A stretch of DNA of 64,000 nt, from assembly GCA_963748015.1 (NCBI GenBank), contig CAVVHE010000004.1, positions 1,152,001 to 1,216,000 of the forward strand, read 5' to 3'. Origin of the DNA: Terriglobia bacterium. GTDB lineage: Bacteria > Acidobacteriota > Polarisedimenticolia > Polarisedimenticolales > JAIQFR01. The position numbers and the translations under genes are program-made. Of the stretch, positions 9,624 through 17,499 are shown piece by piece (within the stretch, counting starts at the first letter, position 1; each line of letters opens with the position of its first letter). The notes beneath the pieces were generated by a model that did no database searches, was not told where the DNA came from, and worked only from the letters and a program-made list of their open reading frames with translations.

Positions 9624-12600
9624 TTACTCGGTCACGGTGGTCAAGCGGGTCCTCGGCGTCGTCTGGGTCGCGCCCAGCGCCGAGTTGGCCTTCACGTCCG
9701 CGGTGTTGACGCTCGGTCCGATCGTGTAGGGGCCGAGCACCGGGAACGTGTAGCCGGAACGCGTGAAGCTGACGGTGTAGGTCCCGGGCTTCAGCGAGCC
9801 GAGGTTGTAGGCGCCGTTCGTCCCGGTGGTCACCGACTTCACCGAAACGCCGCTCTTCTTGAGGGTCACGGCCACGCCGCCGAACGGCGTGGTGTTGTCG
9901 GCCTTCTTCACCGAACCGCTGATCGCGAAGTAGGCCGGGGTCGCCGTCGTGGCGCAGGTGAAGTCGTCCGAGACCGGCCGGCTGTCGGTCGCGCGGACCG
10001 TCACCGGGAACGCACCCGGGACGACGTAGGTGCGGTTGAACGTGGCGCCGGCCGCGCCGAAGGAGCGAACGCCGCCGTCGCCCCAATCCACCGAGATCCT
10101 CAACGGGGCGACGCCGCCCGTCGAGGCGTCCACCACCTGCATGGTCCAGGTGTTGGCGTTCCAGGTGCAGGAGGTCGCGCCGGCGGTCAGCGTGGCAATC
10201 ACGGGATCGACCGTGACGGACTGCGTGGACGACCCCACCGCGAGGAAGTTCGGCGGGGGCTGGTTGAGCATCACGGTGAGCGTGATGTTCCGGGTGCCGG
10301 CCGCGGCGTAGGTGTGCGTGGCGGTCACGACCGGATCGGTCGTGGTCGTGTCGGCCGACCCGTCGCCCCAAGACCAAACGTACTTGAAGCTGGGGCACCC
10401 GCCGGTGCCGCAGGACGTCGTGGCGGTTGCCGTCACGCCGAGCGTGTCCGGAACCTGGGAGGCCGAGAGGCCCACGGCGTAGCTGATGCCGGCCGATCCG
10501 TGCATGCCCTCTGCCGCAGCCGCGAGCACGGCCTTCGTGCGGTAGTTGCCGCCGTTCTTGACCGGGTTCTGGGCAACCGCCGCGCCCGTCACCCCGATGG
10601 GCGCCGCGCCCGCGAGGTTGATGGTGTTCCCGACCACCGAGATGATGTAGGTCGGGAAGTCGCCGCGAACCGGCTCGCCCAGCTCGTCGTACTCGTAGGT
10701 GCCGGCGCCAGCGACCAGGATCCGCTGGTTGGCCGCGAAGCCGGCCGGATTGACCACCGTGAGGGCCTTCGAGCCCGTGGCGATCGTGCCGGTCGTCTCG
10801 GCGTGGGACGTTCCGCCGCCGTGGCACTGGCCGCACGCGTCATCCACGTCGATCCACACGGCGTTCGTGTACGTGCCGTCGGGGGAGGTGTTGGCGTTGA
10901 CGGTCGTAGTCAGGGCCGCCGGGAGCGGGAGCGTCGAGTAGGAAGCACTCGCGTTGATTCTCCAGAGGTGCTTGCCGCCCGGCATGTGGCAGACGATGCA
11001 CGGCTCGGCGGGCTCTTCCGCCATCTTCTCGAGCGGCGTGCCGACGCCGCCGAGGTGATTGATCTTGGTCAGGTCGATGTTGTACGGGCCGGAGTGACAC
11101 TCGGTGCACTCCTCGCGGAACGGCTTCTCGCCGGTCACGACGCTGGTGTGGACCTCGTGGCAGCCCGTGCAGCCGTTACCGGTATTCGCCGCTTCCGCAT
11201 CGATCTGGAAGAAGCTCTTGTACTCGCCGGTCCCCGCGAAGTTGAACTTCCCGGTCGCGATCTGGTCGAACGTTCCCGTGAACTTCCCGTGCGGGCTGTT
11301 CAGGAACTGGTTTCCCGCCGTATGGCTGACGAAGGTGACGTCCCCGTGGGCCGGGCCGACCTTGAGCGCCGTAGCGGGGTTGGTCGAGTCGTAGGGCAGA
11401 CCGCCCGTCTCCTGCCGGTGGCAATCCATGCAGACCCGGGTGATGATCTGGCCCCGGTTCGCGTAGTTGCCGGTCCAGCGGCCGCCGGCATCCTCGCAGC
11501 GGATGACGTCGGTCGCGTACGAGTATTGCCCGCCGGCGGCCGTGCAGGCCGTCAGCCCTGCGATGCCGGTCCACGTCTTCCCGGCGGCCTCGCAGTTGAT
11601 CTGATCGGTGTAGAGCGCGTCGCTGCAGGTGCCCTTGTTGCACACGCCCTCGAGGCTGCAGGAGGTGAACGACCAGGCTCCGCCGGCGACCTGGCAGGAA
11701 GCCTGCGTGCCGTTCGCGCGGTAGGTGCCCGTGGAGCAGGTGGTTCCGCTCGGGGCCGTCCCCGACTTGCACCACCCAGCCTGCCAGGTGAAGGCGTTCG
11801 CGACGCAATCGGCCTGGTTGTTGTAGCGCGCGTTGCTGCAGAACGGGGCGGCCACCCAGGTGTTACCCACCGTCGCGATGCACGTCGCCTCGTCCGCGGC
11901 GGTCACCGAGCAGATCGCTGGCGTGCTGGCCAGGCTGCATGCGGTCAACCACGTTCCGCCGTTCGAGGTGCACACCGCCTCGCTGGTCCACCGCGCGTCG
12001 CTGCAGGCGCCGCTGCTGATGTCCGTGCCCGTCATGTTGTTGTGGTGCGTGGACATGCCGGCCGGCGCGCTGTACTGCAGAGGCGACCCGGTGCCCGTCG
12101 TCGTGTCGATCGCGGAGCTGTGGCACCGCGTGCAGGAGATCCCCCAGACGTCCCAGGAGGAGTACTTGTTGGAATCGCCGGCGATGCCGCCCGACAGGTT
12201 GACCACGTTCGCGGGGGCGTTCGAGAGCCGGTCCCACGTGATACCGGGGAAGGACTTCTCGGGCTCCTTCGCCGTCTGGATCGTGGCGTCGCTCGTCCAG
12301 CCGGTCGTGTGGCAACGGCCGCACGAGTACGAGATGCCCGCGTTGTTGACCAACGTCCCGCCATAGGTCGAGACGCAGTTGGCCGTGGTCCCCCGCGGGT
12401 CGCTGCAGACCTGCGACGTGCTCGCCGGGGCCTTGTAGATCGCTCTCGGAAGCGGGGCGAGCCAGTCGCCGTAGATCCACGTCACGTCGCGGGCGACGCT
12501 GTTGACCGTGATCTGGCCGCCGCCCCAGTAGAAGAGGTTGCCGCTGTCATCGGAGACATAGGCGTCGGCGGGATGGAACACACCGCCGTTCTGGATGCAG

Positions 12601-13289
12601 TCCTCTTCCGTCGTGTAGAGCGGGTTCGTGCAGACGAGCGGAGGACCGCCCCACGCCTTGGGGGCCGTCACCTTGCGGGCCATGTTCTTGTGGCCCATGT
12701 ACAGGGTGTCCTCGGTGTCCCGGACGCGGGGACCGTTGTACTGCGTCACCGTGTTGTGGCAACGCAGGCACTGGTCGCCGGCACCGTTGCTCGTGAGCAG
12801 GTTCGGGGTGTAGGCCGTGCGGGCCGGCATCACCCACGAGCCCGTGCACGTGCCGGTCGTGACCCAGTTGCCCCCGTGCTTCATGCAGTTCACGTTGTTC
12901 CGGTCGTCGTCCATCATCACGACGGCGCAGACGCCCGTGGCCGCATTCCACAGCCGGTCGCCCTTGGCTTCGCATACGCCCTGGCTCGCGTTGTTGACCA
13001 GGTCGTTGCACACGCCGCTCGTCGTCCACGACAGGTTCGCCGCGGACGTGCAGCTCGCCTGGACGACGTTCAGCCGGAGCGCCACGCACTCCGCCCGGGT
13101 GTCGATCCCGGTGTAGCCGTAGCCGGCTGCCGCCGGGCACGTGCCCTGTGCGGGGAGATCCCAGCCGTTCAGGGTGTTCTGCACGGCGCCGTCGTCCATG
13201 TACTGGATCGCGGCCCAGGTCGGGCCGGCCAGGGCGATCGCCGCAGCGAGAACGGTTGTCGTCAAAAGCAATCTCGTTTTTCGGCTCAT
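9624..13289 (-). CDS. Large extracellular octaheme cytochrome c (1221 aa) with Cys-rich CxxxGGxW repeats, two PKD-like domains and a C-terminal carboxypeptidase-regulatory-like beta domain
   Basis: Start MSRKTR (13289) with GGAGGA RBS and a signal peptide. 8 CxxCH (CLRCH, CGRCH, CTRCH, CMDCH, CTGCH, CTECH, CIVCH, CGQCH). WSWGDG..THTY and VDWGDG..RTY PKD signatures. TGTNGAYNLGSLKPGTYTV. Confidence 0.88.
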   Translation of the reverse strand: MSRKTRLLLTTTVLAAAIALAGPTWAAIQYMDDGAVQNTLNGWDLPAQGTCPAAAGYGYTGIDTRAECVALRLNVVQASCTSAANLSWTTSGVCNDLVNNASQGVCEAKGDRLWNAATGVCAVVMMDDDRNNVNCMKHGGNWVTTGTCTGSWVMPARTAYTPNLLTSNGAGDQCLRCHNTVTQYNGPRVRDTEDTLYMGHKNMARKVTAPKAWGGPPLVCTNPLYTTEEDCIQNGGVFHPADAYVSDDSGNLFYWGGGQITVNSVARDVTWIYGDWLAPLPRAIYKAPASTSQVCSDPRGTTANCVSTYGGTLVNNAGISYSCGRCHTTGWTSDATIQTAKEPEKSFPGITWDRLSNAPANVVNLSGGIAGDSNKYSSWDVWGISCTRCHSSAIDTTTGTGSPLQYSAPAGMSTHHNNMTGTDISSGACSDARWTSEAVCTSNGGTWLTACSLASTPAICSVTAADEATCIATVGNTWVAAPFCSNARYNNQADCVANAFTWQAGWCKSGTAPSGTTCSTGTYRANGTQASCQVAGGAWSFTSCSLEGVCNKGTCSDALYTDQINCEAAGKTWTGIAGLTACTAAGGQYSYATDVIRCEDAGGRWTGNYANRGQIITRVCMDCHRQETGGLPYDSTNPATALKVGPAHGDVTFVSHTAGNQFLNSPHGKFTGTFDQIATGKFNFAGTGEYKSFFQIDAEAANTGNGCTGCHEVHTSVVTGEKPFREECTECHSGPYNIDLTKINHLGGVGTPLEKMAEEPAEPCIVCHMPGGKHLWRINASASYSTLPLPAALTTTVNANTSPDGTYTNAVWIDVDDACGQCHGGGTSHAETTGTIATGSKALTVVNPAGFAANQRILVAGAGTYEYDELGEPVRGDFPTYIISVVGNTINLAGAAPIGVTGAAVAQNPVKNGGNYRTKAVLAAAAEGMHGSAGISYAVGLSASQVPDTLGVTATATTSCGTGGCPSFKYVWSWGDGSADTTTTDPVVTATHTYAAAGTRNITLTVMLNQPPPNFLAVGSSTQSVTVDPVIATLTAGATSCTWNANTWTMQVVDASTGGVAPLRISVDWGDGGVRSFGAAGATFNRTYVVPGAFPVTVRATDSRPVSDDFTCATTATPAYFAISGSVKKADNTTPFGGVAVTLKKSGVSVKSVTTGTNGAYNLGSLKPGTYTVSFTRSGYTFPVLGPYTIGPSVNTADVKANSALGATQTTPRTRLTTVTE

Positions 13290-13586
13290 CTTTTCCTCGT
13301 CCTCCTCCAGAGTAGTCCCAGCAGGGCCGTTCGACTGCAAGAGGCGTGCACAAGCCTTGGCGGAATGGGGAGCCCCGCCATGTCGCATCGAGCGCCAAGA
13401 AACGGCAGTTTGTCGGGGTTTTCCGGCTCGGGCGAGAGCACCGGCGGCATGTATGGAAATCCGCTGCGGTGATTCACTCAAGAGAGCTGCGGGATTTGAC
13501 GACTACTCGATCTGGCGTATTCGAATAGTTGATTCGTGGCCTGTGAAGGGGGGCTTGTTCCGGGCGATCGGCGCCGTGCGCTCGCG

Positions 13587-14018
13587 CTACAGGTCGAGCA
13601 CGACGCGCGCCGACCACCCCTCTCGATCTTCGGAAAGCAGCAGCTGGTGATAGGTCACCGCCTTGACCTCCCTCTCGATCTCGTGGCGCGAGGGATCGAA
13701 GGCCTCGCCGAGCGCGTGGGCGACGAGCTCTCCGGGTCTCAGCTCGATGACCTCCGCGCCGCGAAACAACCACCTCGCGGTGTCGTGCAGGTACAGCAGT
13801 TCCGATAGGTACCGCACCAGCAGATCCTCGGCGTCCACGGCTCTCTCGACGCGAATCGGGATCCGCTCTCTCGGCTCGACCGTCCGCACGTCGAGGATCA
13901 CGTCGAACAAAGCGCGCGTCGCGGCATCGTAGATGCCAGACAGGGTCGGAGCGCCGATCAGGATCGCGATGTCCCCGGTGTGGTCCAGCAGCCGGTACCA
14001 GGGCGCCTCGCCGCTCAC
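13587..14018 (-). CDS. Archease
   Basis: GTG start overlaps the rnr stop. YRLLDHTGDI...EVKAVTYHQL...VVLDL are archease signatures. Confidence 0.93.
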   Translation of the reverse strand: MSGEAPWYRLLDHTGDIAILIGAPTLSGIYDAATRALFDVILDVRTVEPRERIPIRVERAVDAEDLLVRYLSELLYLHDTARWLFRGAEVIELRPGELVAHALGEAFDPSRHEIEREVKAVTYHQLLLSEDREGWSARVVLDL

Positions 14019-16273
14019 CGGCGCCTCCCGCCCCCTTCCCGCCCGCCGCGCCGCGGAGGACGCCCCCCTCCCCTCTCTCGCGGACGCGCGCCGCCACGAG
14101 GGGGCTGCGCCGCCGGCTTGCGCGCGGCGGGGCGGCTGTCCGGGGCGAGGGAGAAATCGAGACGCCTCAGCACCAGGTCCACGCGATCCACGACGACGCG
14201 GAGCGGATCGCCGAGGCGGTGGGCCGCGCCGCTCCTCTCGCCGAGCAGCTCCATCCGGCGCTCCGCGAACTCGAACCGCTCGTCGCCGAGCCGCTCGACG
14301 TGCAGGAGCCCTTCCGCCAGGGTCTCGCGGAGCTGGACGAAGAGGCCGAACCTCGTGACCCCCGTCACGAGGCCGTCGAACGTCTCGCCTTCCTTCCCCT
14401 TCATGAAGGCGATCTTCTTCCACTCGAGCAGCTCGCGCTCCGCCGCCTCGGCCTCGCGCTCCAGCTTCGAGCAGCCGTCCGCGAGGACGTCGAGTCCGTC
14501 CGACAGGGACGCGAGGGCGTGCCCGTCCCGCCGCCTGAAGGCGCGAAGCAGCCGGTGCAGGACCAGGTCGGGATAGCGGCGGATCGGGGACGTGAAGTGC
14601 GCGTACACCGGCGCCGCGAGACCGAAGTGGCCGAGGTTCTCGGGGCTGTACCGCGCCTGCTTCATCGAGCGGAGGGCCACCTGGCTCACGAGCGCCTGCT
14701 CGGGACGCCCCTCCGCCGCCTCCACGAGCCGCTGGACGTCTTTCGGCCTCACCGACTCGGGGTCGGCCGACAGGACGAGGCCGAAGGTCGCGGCGAACTC
14801 CGCCAGCGCCTCCACCTTCGCCGGGTCGGGGGCCTCGTGGATCCGGTAGAGGCAGGGCGCCCCCTCGGCGTCGAGGTGTCCGGCCACGGCCTCGTTCGCC
14901 GCGAGCATGAACTCCTCGATCATGCGGTGGGCGCGGTTTCGCGGCTCGATCTTGATACCGGTCATCACGCCTTCGACGTCGAGGAGGATCCGCGGCTCGG
15001 GAAGATCGAAGTCGACGCTCCCCCGCGCGCGCCGGCGCCCCTCGAGGAGGTCTCGGAGCCGGTCGGCGGTGTGGAGCATCGCCGCGAGGCGCTTCGGGAC
15101 CCTCGCCGCGGGCTCCTGCCCGTCGAGAAGGGCCGCGACCTGCGTGTAGGTCAGGCGCGCGGCGGACCGGATGACGCCGTCGGCGAATCGGGTCTTCAAG
15201 ACCTCGCCGCGGGCGTCGAGGTCGAGGATCGCCGACTGGACGAGCCGGTCCTCGCCGGGACGGAGCGAGCACAGGTCGTTCGAGAGCTTCTCGGGAAACA
15301 TCGGGAAGACGCGGTCGGGAAAGTAGACGCTCGTGCCGCGCGCCCGCGCCTCGGCGTCGAGATCGTCGTTCGGCCGAGCGAAGAACGCCACGTCGGCGAT
15401 GTGGACGAAGAGCCGGAAGCCGCCGCCGGGGAGCTCCGAGATCGCGATGGCGTCGTCGAAGTCCCGCGCCGTCTCGCCGTCGATGGTCACCGGCGGCGGA
15501 TCCTCGAACCGCTCCCGCCGCGAGGCCTCCTCCCGCGGGACCGCGTCCGGCAGCCGGCGGGCGGCCTCGAGAATCTCCTCCGGGAACTCGGTTCGCAGAT
15601 CGTGCCGTCGCGCGACGACCATCGTGTCCACGCCGGGGTCGCCGAGCCGGCCGAACACCTCGACGACCTTCCCCTCGGACGGCTCGCCCGAAGCTCCGGG
15701 CCTCAGGACCAGGACCTCCACCGCGTCCCCGTCCTCGGCCCCCATGCGAAACGCCCCCGGGATCGAGATCTGCGAGGGCGCCGAAGGATCGAACGGCTGC
15801 ACCAGGCCGCCGCGATCTCTACCCCGGAAGAGTCCCTGCACGCGCCTCCCGCGGCGGTCCACGACCCCGCTCACCTCTCCCTCCGGCCGCCCCTCGCGGT
15901 CGGCGCCGAGGATCCGCACCTCCACCGCGTCGCCGTGGTGAGCGCCGCCGAGGCGCCGGGGCGGGATGAACACGTCGCGGCCCGGTCCCTCGATCCGGAC
16001 GAAGGCGAAACCGCGCGGGTGGACGTGGAGGCGGCCGCGGACGAGCCGCTCCTCGACCGCGGCGAGCTTCCGGCCATCCGCGCTCACGATGCGGCCCGAC
16101 GCCAGAAGGTCCCGAACCGCTTTCCGGTACGCCGCCTTCTCCTGCCTCGGAACGCGAAGCCGGTCGAGCAGCTCGTGGAGGGACACCGGCCGGTAGCCGG
16201 GCTCGCGAAGGTGCTCGACCACGGCCTTTTCGACGGCCTCGCGATCGCGGGCCGGCGGCCCTTCTTGGCGCAT
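14015..16273 (-). CDS. rnr: Ribonuclease R
   Basis: TIDGETARDFDDA, HIADV, HFTSPIRRYPDL and a C-terminal S1 domain. Start MRQEG. Confidence 0.96.
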   Translation of the reverse strand: MRQEGPPARDREAVEKAVVEHLREPGYRPVSLHELLDRLRVPRQEKAAYRKAVRDLLASGRIVSADGRKLAAVEERLVRGRLHVHPRGFAFVRIEGPGRDVFIPPRRLGGAHHGDAVEVRILGADREGRPEGEVSGVVDRRGRRVQGLFRGRDRGGLVQPFDPSAPSQISIPGAFRMGAEDGDAVEVLVLRPGASGEPSEGKVVEVFGRLGDPGVDTMVVARRHDLRTEFPEEILEAARRLPDAVPREEASRRERFEDPPPVTIDGETARDFDDAIAISELPGGGFRLFVHIADVAFFARPNDDLDAEARARGTSVYFPDRVFPMFPEKLSNDLCSLRPGEDRLVQSAILDLDARGEVLKTRFADGVIRSAARLTYTQVAALLDGQEPAARVPKRLAAMLHTADRLRDLLEGRRRARGSVDFDLPEPRILLDVEGVMTGIKIEPRNRAHRMIEEFMLAANEAVAGHLDAEGAPCLYRIHEAPDPAKVEALAEFAATFGLVLSADPESVRPKDVQRLVEAAEGRPEQALVSQVALRSMKQARYSPENLGHFGLAAPVYAHFTSPIRRYPDLVLHRLLRAFRRRDGHALASLSDGLDVLADGCSKLEREAEAAERELLEWKKIAFMKGKEGETFDGLVTGVTRFGLFVQLRETLAEGLLHVERLGDERFEFAERRMELLGERSGAAHRLGDPLRVVVDRVDLVLRRLDFSLAPDSRPAARKPAAQPPRGGARPRERGGGRPPRRGGREGGGRRR

Positions 16274-16332
16274 GTTGTGCCTTCTTTCGGTGAACCGTCT
16301 CGCGCGGCGGTCGCCCGACCCGGCCCGAGCGC

Positions 16333-16362
16333 TTGACATGTCCGGCCCGAGGTTGCTAGTTT
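16333..16362 (+). promoter_or_regulatory. sigma70-type promoter of tRNA-Leu
   Basis: TTGACA-18 nt-TAGTTT with an extended TG, 15 nt upstream of the tRNA. Confidence 0.6.
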
Positions 16363-16377
16363 AGCGCCGCACGGTAC

Positions 16378-16464
16378 GCCGAAGTGGCGGAATTTGGTAG
16401 ACGCGCTAGATTCAGGATCTAGTGGGCCTAGCCCGTCCCGGTTCGAGTCCGGGCTTCGGCACCA
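16378..16464 (+). tRNA. tRNA-Leu(CAG)
   Basis: GCCGAAG/CTTCGGC acceptor stem, anticodon arm CTAGA-TTCAGGA-TCTAG, long variable arm, GGTTCGAGTCC T-arm, encoded CCA. Confidence 0.97.
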
Positions 16465-16533
16465 TCCGCACGATCCCGCCCCGAGCCCGGTTTCCGGGCC
16501 GAGCGAGCCGTACCGCCAACGGCCGGAGTTCGC

Positions 16534-16731
16534 CTAGGTCTTCAGCAGCGATTCCGACTTCCTGGCGGCCATCGCCGGGTCCCGGCGAGCGGTCGCTAGA
16601 TCGCGGCCCGTCCGGCGCGACTCGTCGAAGCGCTTGACGAAGCGGAACCACCGCTCCGCCTCGGCGCGTGACCGCTCGGCCCTCTTGAGCAGCGCATCCA
16701 GGTGCCATTCCGTCCGAAGGTGGTCGGGCAT
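16534..16731 (-). CDS. Small basic helical hypothetical protein (65 aa)
   Basis: ATG at 16731 preceded by GGAGG. No recognisable motif. Confidence 0.5.
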   Translation of the reverse strand: MPDHLRTEWHLDALLKRAERSRAEAERWFRFVKRFDESRRTGRDLATARRDPAMAARKSESLLKT

Positions 16732-16769
16732 CGCTCCCTCCTGTCCGAACGCTCCGGCTCCTCGCCGGG

Positions 16770-17174
16770 TCACTTCCGCTTCCGTCGGGTTCCGCCCCTC
16801 TTCCTCGGTGACGAGGCGGGGCGGCGCGGCTTGCTCCGCGCCGCCTTGAGCCGCGACGCCCGCGCCAGCAGCCGGTCCACCGCCGCGATTCGCGTTCCGA
16901 GCTTCCGGTCCATCTCGCCGAGGACCTCCCCCGCCCGATCCCGGAACGCCTTGGCCTGGGTAAGGAGCGTCTCGGCCTTCTCCTTCGCGCTCTTGACCTC
17001 GAGCGCCTCGAGCGCGCGGCTCCGCATCCAGGTCGCGACCGGCAGGTTGCGCGCCGCGGACCGGAACGCGCCCAGCTCCGCGGGGGACACCTTCACCCCC
17101 ACGAGAAGCGAGCGGCGTTCCTCTCGCGGCATGGGCTCGGGACCGCGCTTCCGTCTCCGGCGGATCTTCCTCAC
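16770..17174 (-). CDS. Putative ribbon-helix-helix (MobC/CopG-like) DNA-binding protein with coiled coil
   Basis: LLVGVKVSPAELGAFRSAARNLPVATWMRSRAL fits the beta-alpha-alpha RHH pattern. Has its own promoter. Confidence 0.55.
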   Translation of the reverse strand: MRKIRRRRKRGPEPMPREERRSLLVGVKVSPAELGAFRSAARNLPVATWMRSRALEALEVKSAKEKAETLLTQAKAFRDRAGEVLGEMDRKLGTRIAAVDRLLARASRLKAARSKPRRPASSPRKRGGTRRKRK

Positions 17175-17191
17175 ATCACCCTCGATAAACT

Positions 17192-17221
17192 AGGTTATTC
17201 TTTGTTTAACCACATTGTCAA
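17192..17221 (-). promoter_or_regulatory. sigma70-type promoter of the RHH gene with overlapping inverted repeats
   Basis: Minus strand TTGACA-18 nt-TAACCT in an AT-rich patch. GGTTA-N9-TAACC and TAAAC-N13-GTTTA inverted repeats overlap it. Confidence 0.6.
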
Positions 17222-17499
17222 CAGAAATTTCGCGAGTTCTCGGCGGCGAGGCTGGCGCCGGTCAGAGTGTCCGGCGCGTTGCGGGTGGGATCCGGTTGCC
17301 TCCGGTGAGACTGCGCGGCCGCACCGATTCCGGAGCCCGGCGAGAGCGCGTCACCACCCGAGCGGGGCCCGAAGCCGGAAGCGTCCGCAGACGGCCCTTT
17401 CTCGGGCCGGCGAGGGCAAGCAAGCATCCGACCGAAGGCGCGGCCGGCCGTGGGGGGACTAACGCGGGATGATCCGCGGACGACCCGGTCGGAGCGGGA

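Noticed and set aside
13336..13351. sigma-54-like box upstream of the giant cytochrome (GTGCACGCCTCTTGCA, minus strand)
   Set aside because: The invariant GG at -24 is TG, so it is too weak to call.
17225..17499. Possible ncRNA (tmRNA, SRP, 6S) in the GC-rich gap
   Set aside because: No diagnostic motifs were recognised. An Rfam scan is needed.
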